Part shown: one piece after another, positions 9,656-20,127 of the stretch
How positions within the stretch are numbered: position 1 is the stretch's first letter
Layout: each line of letters opens with the position of its first letter
Source: Thiomicrospira cyclica
GTDB taxonomy: Bacteria; Pseudomonadota; Gammaproteobacteria; Thiomicrospirales; Thiomicrospiraceae
Assembly (NCBI GenBank): GCA_020726325.1
Contig: DYST01000002.1
Coordinates: 1-52,372 of the forward strand
Length of the DNA: 52,372 nt
Reading direction: 5' to 3'
The notes under the pieces: generated by a model
Database searches by the model: none
The model's input: the letters and a program-made list of their open reading frames with translations, nothing else
Told to the model about the DNA's origin: nothing
Made by a program: the position numbers and the translations under genes

Positions 9656-10513
9656 GTGACTCAACATCTCGAAAGTTTCGATAAAAAATTAAAACGCGCC
9701 TATACAGCCGTTCAAGGTATCAAAATACCAGACATGCCCAAAGAACTCATTGAATTAGATCATGAAATGAATTCGCGCTATCCCAACACGCAAAAAATGA
9801 TTCATATTATTGCGAGCAATACGATTTTGGCTGGTGAAGTATTAAAAATTGCTAACTCTCCTGCAATGCGTGCTAAACGTCAAATTAGCTCTATTGCGCA
9901 GGCTGTTGCTACATTAGGTACACAAAACCTTAAAAACATGGTTGTTGCTGCTGCCTTAAGACAGATATGGGGATACACAAAGGGCTTACGTGAATTAATT
10001 GATAACTCTGCTGACGTTGCCTATTGTGCAGCTGAGTTAGCAAACTTCGTGCATGGTATAAACGCAGATGAAGCATATGTATGCGCATTATTCCATAATG
10101 GCGGCGCTATTCTTCTCGCTAACAAAGACCCTGAGCTATACAATGACATTTTTTTTCAATCGCATAGTTTGCCGTTAACATCAATTGAAAAAGAAGAGGA
10201 AGTATTTAATACCAATCATGCAGTTGTTGGCTTATTGATGGCTAAAAAATGGCATCTAACGGATACAATGATTCATGCGATTTATTATCATCATGTCGAT
10301 AAATGTTCGCGCGTTAAAGATGAAAAAGTACGCTTAATGGTGGCATTACTTAAAGTAGCCAATGGTATTGTCGCTGAAACCTCTATTGGTGCCTATATCG
10401 GTGCTGAAATGACCGAATACGCTAAGGATGGCATTGATACGCTGATGTTAAGGTCTAGTCACCTTAAAGATGTTCGCATGTCATTACAAAGCTATTCTTT
10501 AGGGTTTGCATAA
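9656..10513 (+). CDS. HDOD domain-containing protein (paralog 2)
   Basis: GTG start 9 nt after AAGGAG. It is colinear with the upstream paralog, with roughly half the residues identical by eye, including LLKVANGIVAE and DGIDTLML. Confidence 0.8.
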   Translation: MTQHLESFDKKLKRAYTAVQGIKIPDMPKELIELDHEMNSRYPNTQKMIHIIASNTILAGEVLKIANSPAMRAKRQISSIAQAVATLGTQNLKNMVVAAALRQIWGYTKGLRELIDNSADVAYCAAELANFVHGINADEAYVCALFHNGGAILLANKDPELYNDIFFQSHSLPLTSIEKEEEVFNTNHAVVGLLMAKKWHLTDTMIHAIYYHHVDKCSRVKDEKVRLMVALLKVANGIVAETSIGAYIGAEMTEYAKDGIDTLMLRSSHLKDVRMSLQSYSLGFA

Positions 10514-10525
10514 AAATAGGGTAAA

Positions 10526-11893
10526 TTAGAGACGATCAAAAATAGAACCATAATAAGGGCTAAACAGCTTCGCGTAGAGCCTTTTTGCATAATCGTCACT
10601 CATACCAGCGACATAGTCGCACAATAACCGCATCCGATGTTGTTCATGATGAGCAGCATCCATACGGATGAGTGTTTTTCGTGGCAGTAACCGCTCTGGG
10701 TTTGCCCAAAGCACACGAAATAACTCCATCACCATAACCTGCCCCTTATACTCAAAAGACTTAACCTCGGGGATGCTAATCACGTAATCCCAAACAAACT
10801 GCTTCAATATGGCTAATGCCTCTGCTGCTTCGGATTTCATATCGACCTGACAGCGTAACAAAGGATGTTCAAAATCTGCTTGCTCATCCAGTTGAGTTGC
10901 CGTAATAAAAGCACCCACCAAGTGACTAATGCCACGCTTGCGTGAACGCGAACTGCCCTCGAACAACCATTGCGTAATTTGCCCTGCATCGAACAGGCTA
11001 CAAGCACGAAATGCGGACTGGCTCATAACTTTCTTTCGCCATCTGTCTTCGCTAATCAGCTCCATCGCAATTGCATCTTCTAAATCGTGTACACCGTAGG
11101 CAATATCATCAGCAATATCCATAATGGAAGTGTCAAGGGCATGAAAACGTGCCTTTCCATGCTGCTGATCTCGTATCTGATGCTGAATAAATAAGTTTTG
11201 ATCCTCTTTTGAAAAAGCATCTAATATCCAATCACGTACATCTGACTCTTCATCAAAGAGTGATTTTGGCGGCTGCCAAGGCTTCATATCTAAGGTTTTA
11301 AAATCATGATCTTGCATATCGCAAAGCGATTGATAAACATCATCTTGACGAACAACCTCTGAATAAAGAACAGGGTACTTTAGGATACCCAATAGCGCAC
11401 GTCGCGTTAAGTCTTGACCGTGATCTAAGCTATGCTCGCCTAAACGCGATAAAATCCGTAGCGTCTGCCCATTCCCTTCAAAACCACCTTGTTCACGCAT
11501 CATAAAGTTTAATGCCACCTCACCACCATGTCCAAAAGGAGGGTGACCAATATCGTGCGCCATACAAATCGCTTCGATTAAGTAGGCACTCGGTAGCCAA
11601 GGGGTACAGGTTTTACAAGCGGTATTGCGTTGTAAATATTCAACAATACCAGAACCAATCTGAGCAACTTCTAATGAATGGGTTAAGCGGGTACGATAAA
11701 AATCGCTTTCATGTAGACCCAATACTTGCGTTTTGGCTTGTAAACGACGAAAAGAGGCAGAGTGAATAATACGCGAACGATCACGGGCAAAAGCATCGCG
11801 TGTTTGCGGCGTAACACTTTTAGGCTCGTCCCAGCTACGACGTTGTGTCCAAATCGGTAGGCTGGTTTCTGGGTTATAGATCAGCATGAGCAA
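10526..11893 (-). CDS. dgt: dGTP triphosphohydrolase-like HD-domain protein
   Basis: 455-aa ORF with FARDRSRIIHSASFRRLQAKTQV, then HSLEVAQIG and HDIGHPPFGH, which are typical of dGTPase type 2. The start is at 11893 or 11887 and overlaps the pabB-like stop. Confidence 0.85.
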   Translation of the reverse strand: MLMLIYNPETSLPIWTQRRSWDEPKSVTPQTRDAFARDRSRIIHSASFRRLQAKTQVLGLHESDFYRTRLTHSLEVAQIGSGIVEYLQRNTACKTCTPWLPSAYLIEAICMAHDIGHPPFGHGGEVALNFMMREQGGFEGNGQTLRILSRLGEHSLDHGQDLTRRALLGILKYPVLYSEVVRQDDVYQSLCDMQDHDFKTLDMKPWQPPKSLFDEESDVRDWILDAFSKEDQNLFIQHQIRDQQHGKARFHALDTSIMDIADDIAYGVHDLEDAIAMELISEDRWRKKVMSQSAFRACSLFDAGQITQWLFEGSSRSRKRGISHLVGAFITATQLDEQADFEHPLLRCQVDMKSEAAEALAILKQFVWDYVISIPEVKSFEYKGQVMVMELFRVLWANPERLLPRKTLIRMDAAHHEQHRMRLLCDYVAGMSDDYAKRLYAKLFSPYYGSIFDRL

Positions 11894-13187
11894 CCCCTAA
11901 AGCACGAATGAGTCCTTTTGCTTTATGGCGCGTTTCTTCAAGTTCAGACTGTGCCATCGAATCATACACAATGCCTGCACCAGCACGAAATGTAAGTAAT
12001 CCCGCCTGCCAATAAAAACTACGAATCAAAATATTCAGATCCATTTGACCATCCAGACTGATATAACCCAAAGAGCCAGTATAAACCCCTCGTGGCGTTT
12101 GCTCTAATTCAGCAATAATTTCCATGCAGCGCACTTTAGGACAACCTGTAATTGTTCCCCCAGGAAAAACAGCATCAATCACTTGTTTTGCGCTTGTTCC
12201 AGCTTGCAACTGACCGCTGACATTAGAAACGATGTGATGCACGTGTGTATAGGTTTCGACAGTCATTAACTCATCGACACGCACGCTTCCTGCGATACAA
12301 ACACGCCCCAAATCATTGCGTTCTAAATCGAGTAGCATAATATGTTCGGCATTTTCTTTGGGATGCGCTCGCAACTCTTCAATCAGTGCTGCATCTGCTT
12401 GTGCATCAGCACCACGACGACATGTGCCTGCTATCGGGCGTGTATCGACACGTCCCTGTTGCACACGAACCAAACGCTCTGGTGACGAACTAATCACTGC
12501 CTGTTGCTTCCAAGTTAATAATGCCGAAAAAGGTGCTGGATTAGCGACTCTTAGCTGTGCAAAAACATCCGCCGCACTTGCTTGTCGATTAATTTTTGCC
12601 TGCCACTGACGTGATAAATTAACCTGAAACACATCACCCGACAGAATATAATCTTTACAGCGTTCAACCCCTGTTAAAAAATGATCACCATCATCCTCAG
12701 AAATAGCTGTTGTATTTAAGGGTATCTGCGGCATATCTTGTTCTGGTAAAGCATCCCAATCTTGCCAAAGCTGTGTTAGCCAACTTTGATACTCGGGTTG
12801 CGCAACAGCAGTCAATGTTTTTGTTTGATGATCCCAAATAAAAGCTGCCGACACTTGCCAGACTTGCGCTGTTAATGCGTCATTACAGGGTAAAGACAAA
12901 GTAGGCTCTACCTGTGCAGCATACTCATATGGAAAGAAACAAACATAACCACCGACAAACGGCAAATCAGAAACTGACAGTTCGCCAGAGACATCAAGTG
13001 CTTCAAGCACCGATAAAGAGACAGGCATCAAACCTGCAAATAAAAAATCATAGCGATGACCATTTGTTGCACCACTGCTAGAAGCCAAAAACGCTGCATA
13101 ACGCTCAGGAAACGCACGATGCAAGCGCAATAAGTCAACGCTTTCTAATATCACCCTTGACTGCACAATAGGCGATATGACAGTCAT
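11874..13187 (-). CDS. pabB: chorismate-utilising enzyme, probable aminodeoxychorismate synthase component I
   Basis: 437-aa ORF with PIAGTCRRG...ENAEHIMLLDLERNDLGRV...GGTITGCPKVR, the TrpE/PabB family core. Its short N-terminal half and position after fabF favour PabB over TrpE. Confidence 0.65.
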   Translation of the reverse strand: MTVISPIVQSRVILESVDLLRLHRAFPERYAAFLASSSGATNGHRYDFLFAGLMPVSLSVLEALDVSGELSVSDLPFVGGYVCFFPYEYAAQVEPTLSLPCNDALTAQVWQVSAAFIWDHQTKTLTAVAQPEYQSWLTQLWQDWDALPEQDMPQIPLNTTAISEDDGDHFLTGVERCKDYILSGDVFQVNLSRQWQAKINRQASAADVFAQLRVANPAPFSALLTWKQQAVISSSPERLVRVQQGRVDTRPIAGTCRRGADAQADAALIEELRAHPKENAEHIMLLDLERNDLGRVCIAGSVRVDELMTVETYTHVHHIVSNVSGQLQAGTSAKQVIDAVFPGGTITGCPKVRCMEIIAELEQTPRGVYTGSLGYISLDGQMDLNILIRSFYWQAGLLTFRAGAGIVYDSMAQSELEETRHKAKGLIRALGVAHADL

Positions 13188-14429
13188 TTAAGGCACCTGA
13201 GCAAAAATCAAGGTCGCGTTAGTACCACCAAAACCAAAGGAGTTATTAATCGCTACATGAACAGGCGTTTGACGCGCCGTTAACGGCACATAATCTAAAT
13301 CACAATCCTCATCTGGCTGCTCTAAATTAATGGTTGGTGGCACTGTCTGATCTCGCAATGCCAAAATACAAAAAATAGACTCCATCGCCCCAGCAGCACC
13401 CAAAGCATGACCTGTCATCGACTTAGTCGAGCTGACCATCAAGCGGCTTGCGGCATCAGAAAATGCTAATTTAATTGCCTTGGTTTCAGCCACATCACCT
13501 AAGGGTGTAGAAGTACCATGTGCATTAATATAATCGACTTGTTCTGGATTAAGCTGTGCATCACGCAAGGCATTGCGCATACAAGCAGCAGCACCAGTGC
13601 CATCGGCAAGCGGCATGGTCATATGATGCGCATCGCTACTCATACCAAAACCAACAAGTTCACAGTAAATACGCGCACCACGCGCTCTTGCATGTTCGTA
13701 TTCTTCCAACACCAAAGCACCTGCGCCATCAGATAAAACAAAACCATCACGATCCTTATCCCAAGGACGAGAAGCTTCTTGTGGATTGTCATTACGCTGC
13801 GATAAAGCACGTGCAGCACTAAATCCAGCCAAGCCCAATGGTGTAGTGGCGTGTTCTGCACCACCAGCCAGCATCACGTCGCTATCGCCATACTGAATCA
13901 TACGCATCGCATCACCGATAGCATGCGTACCTGTGGCACAAGCTGTCACCACCGACATATTAGGTCCTTGCAAGCCGAGCATAATCGATAAATGCCCCGA
14001 AATCATATTAATGATGCTCGATGGTACAAAAAATGGTGAAATACGACGCGCTCCTGATGACAATAAAATATCGTGTTGCTGTTCGATCGTGCCAATACCA
14101 CCAATACCAGAGCCCATCGTAACACCCATACGATATGCATTTTCTGGTGTCACCTCAAGACCTGAGTCTTGCCAAGCCTGCAACCCTGCAACAATACCAT
14201 AATGAAGAAATGGATCCATTTTCTTGATTTCTTTGGCTGGAAGCCAAGAAGATGGGTCAAAATCTTTAATTGTGCCACCAAAGCGTGTGTTATAAGTTAG
14301 CGTATCAAATGTTGTAATCGGTACAATACCACTTTTTCCCGCCAAAGCAGCAGCCCAGCTTGAAGCAATATCATTACCCAAAGGCGAAATCATACCTAAC
14401 CCTGTCACCACAACACGACGTTTAGCCAA
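13188..14429 (-). CDS. fabF: beta-ketoacyl-ACP synthase II
   Basis: 413-aa ORF starting [18 protein letters not shown], with the active-site context VVTACATG and the motifs HGTSTPLGD and NSFGFGGTN. It has a TTG start with AGAGGG upstream. Confidence 0.95.
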   Translation of the reverse strand: MAKRRVVVTGLGMISPLGNDIASSWAAALAGKSGIVPITTFDTLTYNTRFGGTIKDFDPSSWLPAKEIKKMDPFLHYGIVAGLQAWQDSGLEVTPENAYRMGVTMGSGIGGIGTIEQQHDILLSSGARRISPFFVPSSIINMISGHLSIMLGLQGPNMSVVTACATGTHAIGDAMRMIQYGDSDVMLAGGAEHATTPLGLAGFSAARALSQRNDNPQEASRPWDKDRDGFVLSDGAGALVLEEYEHARARGARIYCELVGFGMSSDAHHMTMPLADGTGAAACMRNALRDAQLNPEQVDYINAHGTSTPLGDVAETKAIKLAFSDAASRLMVSSTKSMTGHALGAAGAMESIFCILALRDQTVPPTINLEQPDEDCDLDYVPLTARQTPVHVAINNSFGFGGTNATLIFAQVP

Positions 14430-14457
14430 AAGAAAACCCTCTTTTTAATACTTACTT

Positions 14458-14490
14458 AATAAAAAATATCCGAGACTGGCCCGGATATTT
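14458..14490 (-). terminator. rho-independent terminator/attenuator between acpP and fabF
   Basis: ATATCCG-n9-CGGATAT (14466-14488), followed on the minus strand by T6. It lies about 165 nt after the acpP stop and about 30 nt before the fabF start. Confidence 0.55.
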
Positions 14491-14654
14491 TAATCACGAC
14501 AACAATAGCGTCGCACTCCAAAACCGTCATGAGCAACCAAAATTGCTATGCTGCACGGAATGTAGTAAAAGAAGTGTATATAAAATACATGACTTTTGCG
14601 AGCACCGCGCAACAACGCAAGATGGCTGCGTAACAGGCTTTAGTGTGGCGTTAA

Positions 14655-14894
14655 TTAGTCTTTGTTATGTGCATTAATATAATCAACAGCCATACGTACT
14701 GTTGTAATTTTTTCAGCTTCTTCATCAGGAATTTCGCAGTCGAATTCTTCTTCTAAAGCCATAACCAATTCAACAGTGTCTAATGAATCTGCGCCTAAGT
14801 CATCAATAAAAGAAGCGTCAACCGTTACTTCTTCTTCTTTAACGCCTAGTTGTTCAACAACGATCTTTTTGACGCGCTCTTCGATAGTGCTCAT
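14655..14894 (-). CDS. acpP: acyl carrier protein
   Basis: 79-aa ORF starting [18 protein letters not shown], with the phosphopantetheine site [20 protein letters not shown]. Confidence 0.97.
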   Translation of the reverse strand: MSTIEERVKKIVVEQLGVKEEEVTVDASFIDDLGADSLDTVELVMALEEEFDCEIPDEEAEKITTVRMAVDYINAHNKD

Positions 14895-14944
14895 TTGTGT
14901 TCTCCACGAGTAAATTAAAAGTGATATCTAAAACTGAGTTAGGA

Positions 14945-15712
14945 TCAGATCATGTACATGCCGCCATTGACATGCAATATCTGACCGCTAATATATCCAG
15001 CCTCAGGAGAGGCTAAAAACAATACCGTAGCGGCAATGTCTTCGGCAGCACCCATGCGACCCAATGGAATTTCTTTAACTAATTGCGTACGCTGCTCTTC
15101 AGACAGAGCACGCGTCATATCGGTATCAATAAAACCAGGCGCAACCGTATTGACGGTAATATTACGCGAACCAACTTCGCGTGCTAACGAACGACTAAAG
15201 CCCATAATGCCAGCTTTTGCTGCTGCATAATTCGTTTGACCAGCATTGCCCATAGAACCAACAACAGAGGCAATATTGATAATACGTCCTGTACGCGCTT
15301 TCATCATGCCACGTAAACAGGCTTTACTGACACGATAAACAGATGAGAGATTGGTATTGATAATATCATCCCACTCGTCATCTTTCATGCGCATCAACAG
15401 ATTGTCACGCGTAATGCCAGCGTTATTCACTAAGATGCCAACCGTTCCGTGTGTCGTGGCAATTTCATCGACCAAGGACGCAACTGTTTGTGCGTCACGC
15501 ACATCCAAAACCTTACCTTGACCTTGAATGCCAGCTTCAGTCATGTAAGCACTAATCTGTGCTGCACCTGATTCTGACGTTGCTGTACCAATTATATATG
15601 CACCGGCATTACCTAAGGCAAGTGCAATTGCCTTACCAATTCCACGGCTTGCACCTGTTACTAATGCTACCTGACCTGTTAATTGCTGTTCTGACATAGT
15701 GTCCTCGGACAT
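14945..15712 (-). CDS. fabG: 3-oxoacyl-ACP reductase
   Basis: SDR fold with VALVTGASRGIGKAIA and the YAAAKAG catalytic motif, in fab cluster context. An alternative start lies 5 codons downstream (MSEQQ). Confidence 0.95.
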   Translation of the reverse strand: MSEDTMSEQQLTGQVALVTGASRGIGKAIALALGNAGAYIIGTATSESGAAQISAYMTEAGIQGQGKVLDVRDAQTVASLVDEIATTHGTVGILVNNAGITRDNLLMRMKDDEWDDIINTNLSSVYRVSKACLRGMMKARTGRIINIASVVGSMGNAGQTNYAAAKAGIMGFSRSLAREVGSRNITVNTVAPGFIDTDMTRALSEEQRTQLVKEIPLGRMGAAEDIAATVLFLASPEAGYISGQILHVNGGMYMI

Positions 15713-15730
15713 AACGAGTTCGTAATAAGT

Positions 15731-16660
15731 TTATGCTGACTGCGCACAATAATCGCGCAACGTTTTCAAATCTGCAACAGCAAAGTTTTCGATGTCGCCA
15801 TCAATGCGTTTAATCAAACCTGCCAATACTTTACCAGGTCCTACTTCAACAATACGAGTGACCCCTTGCGATTTAAGCCATTGTACCGTTTCTACCCAAC
15901 GAACGGGTGAATAAAGCTGCTGAACCAACGCATTTTTAATCGCATCGGCATCTGTCTCAACACGAACAGCCACATTATTCACCACACCAATCGATGCAGG
16001 AGAAACGGCAATGCCCGTCAACATCTGCGCTAATTGTTCGGCGGCTGGTTTCATTAATGCACAATGGCTCGGCACACTAACAGGTAAAGGCAAAGTACGT
16101 TTCGCACCCGCTTGCTTACATAAATCCATTGCACGCTCTACGGCAGCTTTATTGCCAGCGATAACAACCTGTCCAGGAGAATTATAGTTGACCGCAGAAA
16201 CAACCTCATTTTCTGCAGCCTGTGCACAGCAGTCGCGCACCTGATTATCAGTCAAGCCCAAAATAGCTGCCATTGCGCCAACGCCTTCTGGTACAGCCGA
16301 TTGCATGAATTCACCACGTGCTCGCACCAAAGCAAAAGCATCTTGTGGCACAAAAACACCAGCAGCTGTCAAGGCGGTATATTCACCCAAAGAGTGACCT
16401 GCCATGAACGCAAGGTTATCGGCTTTGCCTTCTGCTTTTAAAATACGATACATCGCCAAACCAGCCGCCAACATCGCAGGTTGAGTTACCGCTGTTTGAT
16501 TAAGCGTTTCGCCACTAGCAACCGCAGCCCATAAATCATAACCTAAAGCTTCAGAAGCTTCAGTAAAGGTTTCACCGACTTGTGAAAACTCCGCTGCCAC
16601 ATCAGCAAGCATGCCGACACTTTGCGAACCCTGACCTGGAAAAACAAATGCTGTTGTCAT
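15731..16660 (-). CDS. fabD: malonyl-CoA:ACP transacylase
   Basis: 309-aa ORF starting FVFPGQGSQSVGM, with the active site GHSLGEY. Confidence 0.95.
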   Translation of the reverse strand: MTTAFVFPGQGSQSVGMLADVAAEFSQVGETFTEASEALGYDLWAAVASGETLNQTAVTQPAMLAAGLAMYRILKAEGKADNLAFMAGHSLGEYTALTAAGVFVPQDAFALVRARGEFMQSAVPEGVGAMAAILGLTDNQVRDCCAQAAENEVVSAVNYNSPGQVVIAGNKAAVERAMDLCKQAGAKRTLPLPVSVPSHCALMKPAAEQLAQMLTGIAVSPASIGVVNNVAVRVETDADAIKNALVQQLYSPVRWVETVQWLKSQGVTRIVEVGPGKVLAGLIKRIDGDIENFAVADLKTLRDYCAQSA

Positions 16661-16672
16661 GATATACGAATC

Positions 16673-17638
16673 CTAAAAACGAACCAAAGCAGAACCCCAG
16701 GTGAAACCACCACCAAAAGCTTCCATTAAAATTAATTCACCGCGCTTAATGCGACCATCTTTCACGCCTGCGTCTAATGCAAGCGGAACCGATGCGGCAG
16801 AGGTATTGCCGTGTTCACCGACGGTTAAAATAACGCGTTCCATCGACATATCCAATTTACGCGCTGTCGCATCAATGATACGCTTATTGGCTTGATGGGG
16901 CACTAACCAATCTAAGTCTGATTTTTGTAGCCCATTAGCGACAAGGGTTTCTTCAACAATGGCATCCAAGGTATTAACAGCCATTTTAAAAACGCCATTA
17001 CCTTGCATACGCATATACGCAACTTCACCGATACCGCGCGTCCCACCCCCTTCAACGAAGAGCATCTCTTCATGACGACCATCTGCATGCAAATGGGTAG
17101 AAATAATGCCTTCTTCGCTTGAAGCACCCAGAACAACAGCACCTGCACCATCACCCCACAACATACAATTACCACGATCGGTATAATCGGTAATCCGTGT
17201 TAAGGTTTCTGCACCAATTACCAGCGCGGTTTTCACTTGACCCGAGCGAATAAACGCATTAGCTGTTGATAAGGCATAGATAAAGCCACTACAAACAGCT
17301 TGTACATCCATTGCTGGGCAACCATTGGTAATACCCAACTTACCCTGAACCAAACAAGCCGTGCTTGGAAAAACACGATCTGGGGTCGTTGTTGCCAAAA
17401 CAATCAGTTCGATGTCATTAGCAGTGAGATTTGCACTCAACAAAGCTAATTTTGCCGCTTCAACAGCTAAATCACTGCTGAATTGATCCTGTGCAGCAAC
17501 ATGACGCTGACGAATTCCCGTACGTTCGACAATCCATTCATCCGTTGTATCAATACGCTTTTCTAGATCAGCATTTGTCAATAAACCTGAGGGTAAATAA
17601 CTACCTGTCCCTAGGATTCGTGCATTAATCGAACTCAT
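16673..17638 (-). CDS. fabH: beta-ketoacyl-ACP synthase III
   Basis: 321-aa ORF with AVCSGFIYAL, the HQAN motif and C-terminal GGGFTWG. Confidence 0.95.
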   Translation of the reverse strand: MSSINARILGTGSYLPSGLLTNADLEKRIDTTDEWIVERTGIRQRHVAAQDQFSSDLAVEAAKLALLSANLTANDIELIVLATTTPDRVFPSTACLVQGKLGITNGCPAMDVQAVCSGFIYALSTANAFIRSGQVKTALVIGAETLTRITDYTDRGNCMLWGDGAGAVVLGASSEEGIISTHLHADGRHEEMLFVEGGGTRGIGEVAYMRMQGNGVFKMAVNTLDAIVEETLVANGLQKSDLDWLVPHQANKRIIDATARKLDMSMERVILTVGEHGNTSAASVPLALDAGVKDGRIKRGELILMEAFGGGFTWGSALVRF

Positions 17639-18648
17639 TCCGTCGCCTGTTGCATAAGTTGTTCTAAGCTTGCCGCAATACGTGCAGGTACTTGCTTCTC
17701 GACCTCTAATATCGCTTGGCGGATAGCATACTCAAAGGCAATGGCATCAGCTCCACCATGACTTTTAACGACAATACCACGCAAACCCAATAAAGAAGCA
17801 CCATTATAGCGACGAGGGTCGATACTTTTCGCAAAAGCTTTGAGCACAGGAGATGCAGCGATACCCAATAATTTTGTCCACCACGTACGCATAAAGGCGG
17901 CTTTCATATAGTGACGCACCATTTTTGCCACGCCTTCTGCTGCTTTAAGGGCAATATTACCATCAAAGCCATCACAGACAACCACATCACAATGCCCCGT
18001 ACAAATCTCATTGCCTTCGACATAACCAATGTAGTTAAGCGGCCATTGACGGAGCAAGGCATCTGCTTCCCAAATGCGGGCATGACCTTTCATTTCTTCT
18101 TGCCCAATATTGAGCAAGCCAATTGTCGGGTTTTCTAAGCCATCGACAGCCTGTGCCAAAACATGTCCCATCAGCGCGAACTGCAATAGATTTTCACCTG
18201 ATGAGCCAACGTTTGCCCCTAAGTCGAGCATTAAGGTATGTCCACCAATTTTAGGTAGTACACCACAAATAGCAGGACGTTCGATACCAGGTAAGGTTTT
18301 GAGGACAAACTTTGACATTGCCATCAATGCGCCCGTATTACCAGCGGAAACAACCGCACCTGCACGACCGTCATGAACGGCATCAATGGCATAGCGCATC
18401 GAGGATTGACGTTTTGCACGTAAGGCTTTAGAGGGAGCTTCGTCCATAGCCACAACTTGTGGTGCATGCACAATGCTAATGCGATCCATCGAAGCAGAAA
18501 GAGAATCTAGTCGCTGTTTAATAGCAACTTCATCACCAACCAAGATTAAGGTCAGCTGAGGGAAATCTTTGAGTGTCTTAAGTGACGCAGGGATCGTGGT
18601 ATCTAGCCCATGATCCCCACCCATTGCGTCAATCGCGAGGGTAATCAC
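17635..18648 (-). CDS. plsX: phosphate acyltransferase PlsX
   Basis: 337-aa ORF with a GTG start, beginning ITLAIDAMGGDHG. It overlaps fabH by 4 nt. Confidence 0.95.
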   Translation of the reverse strand: MITLAIDAMGGDHGLDTTIPASLKTLKDFPQLTLILVGDEVAIKQRLDSLSASMDRISIVHAPQVVAMDEAPSKALRAKRQSSMRYAIDAVHDGRAGAVVSAGNTGALMAMSKFVLKTLPGIERPAICGVLPKIGGHTLMLDLGANVGSSGENLLQFALMGHVLAQAVDGLENPTIGLLNIGQEEMKGHARIWEADALLRQWPLNYIGYVEGNEICTGHCDVVVCDGFDGNIALKAAEGVAKMVRHYMKAAFMRTWWTKLLGIAASPVLKAFAKSIDPRRYNGASLLGLRGIVVKSHGGADAIAFEYAIRQAILEVEKQVPARIAASLEQLMQQATE

Positions 18649-18654
18649 CCGACA

Positions 18655-18837
18655 TTAAGCCTTTGTTGCGACCTTAAGCACCTGCTTACCACGGTAAAAA
18701 CCGTCTGGGCTTACATGGTGACGTAAGTGTACTTCACCTGTTGTGCTTTCGATAGATAATGCTTTACCTGTCAGTGCATCATGTGAACGACGCATATCAC
18801 GACGTGAAGTCGATTTTTTAACTTGTTGAACAGCCAT
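18655..18837 (-). CDS. rpmF: 50S ribosomal protein L32
   Basis: 60-aa ORF starting [22 protein letters not shown]. Confidence 0.95.
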   Translation of the reverse strand: MAVQQVKKSTSRRDMRRSHDALTGKALSIESTTGEVHLRHHVSPDGFYRGKQVLKVATKA

Positions 18838-18841
18838 GGTT

Positions 18842-19342
18842 TTACTCCTTTTTCATCATAACCTTGAGCGTTGCAAACGGATTGGGTTTTGTTTCCTCAA
18901 TCTGGGCAACCTCGCCTATTTCATATTTCACAGGATGGGATCCAGGCTGTACTGGCACCAACGGCAAGGCCAGTAACAGACTGTCCTCAATCCACACCCT
19001 TGGATTGTCATTCATTTCCTCTGGCAGAAGCACTTCTTGTTCTTCTGACCACTCAGTATCATCATCTGCAAAGACTAAAAAAATAGATACCTCAAGTGGA
19101 TAATCAAATTTTTCTAATGTTCGCTGACAAATCAAACTGACCAGTACGCTTGCCTGCAAATGAATTTGCGGCACACGCCCATCAAAAAGCGAAAAACGCA
19201 AAACACCCTCAGCTGCCGATTTAACACCCAAAGTCGCCTGCGCCAACCGCTCCAATTCCTTAGCTTCTAAGACAAATGCCAGCTCATAACCTTTACGGGC
19301 TAATAGAGCAACATCTAATTGGGTCGGTAACTTTTCAAACAT
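18842..19342 (-). CDS. yceD: YceD/DUF177 family large-subunit accumulation protein
   Basis: 166-aa acidic ORF immediately upstream of rpmF-plsX and divergent from maf, matching the E. coli arrangement. Confidence 0.85.
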   Translation of the reverse strand: MFEKLPTQLDVALLARKGYELAFVLEAKELERLAQATLGVKSAAEGVLRFSLFDGRVPQIHLQASVLVSLICQRTLEKFDYPLEVSIFLVFADDDTEWSEEQEVLLPEEMNDNPRVWIEDSLLLALPLVPVQPGSHPVKYEIGEVAQIEETKPNPFATLKVMMKKE

Positions 19343-19432
19343 AACGCGAAATGATACTCTATCTAGCCTTTCAGGTCAAAGGCAAAGACCTGAAAAAACC
19401 ATAACTTTATTCATTAAACTGCGAGATATTGT

Positions 19433-20023
19433 GTGAACACGAAATTCCAACCGCTAATCCTAGCTTCACAATCGATTTATCGGCAACAACTCTTGTCTCG
19501 ACTTGGTCTCACTTTTAGCTGCATTGCGCCACATATTGATGAAACCCCGCTCGCGCAAGAAACGGTTAGCGATATGGTGCTACGTTTAGGAAAGCAAAAA
19601 GCAGCACGTATTGCGCAAGATCACCCAAATGCAGTCATCATTGCCTCCGATCAAAGTGCTGAATGTGATGGTGTGAAGCTAGGAAAACCTGGCAATCATC
19701 AAAAGGCATTAGAACAACTCAGCTTAATGCAAGGTAAAAAAGTAACTTTTTATACCAGCCTAATATTACGCAGCCCTGAAACGGAACAAATCCACAGTGA
19801 TGAAACACACGTTATTTTTCGCCATTTAACAACAGCGCAGCTTAATCATTATTTAGAACAAGAAAAACCTTACGACTGTGCTGGCGCGTTCAAGTCGGAA
19901 GGATTAGGGATTTGTTTATTTGAGCGCATTGATAGTCATGACCCTAGCGCACTCATTGGCTTGCCATTAATTAAATTAGCCAATTGGCTAACTGATGAGA
20001 GACGATTGCTTTCATCGAGTTAA
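19433..20023 (+). CDS. yceF: Maf-like nucleoside triphosphate pyrophosphatase (YceF type)
   Basis: 196-aa ORF with a GTG start, beginning LILASQSIYRQQLLSRLGL, and containing AGAFKSEGLGI. It is divergent from yceD. Confidence 0.85.
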   Translation: MNTKFQPLILASQSIYRQQLLSRLGLTFSCIAPHIDETPLAQETVSDMVLRLGKQKAARIAQDHPNAVIIASDQSAECDGVKLGKPGNHQKALEQLSLMQGKKVTFYTSLILRSPETEQIHSDETHVIFRHLTTAQLNHYLEQEKPYDCAGAFKSEGLGICLFERIDSHDPSALIGLPLIKLANWLTDERRLLSSS

Positions 20024-20127
20024 GCTTTTTTGATCTACTAACCACAACGACATTGCTCCGTTTGTATTCCTTACGGTAAACTACGCAGTTCTATTTTTAT
20101 TTTCATTACGATAACAAGGTTTCTTTT

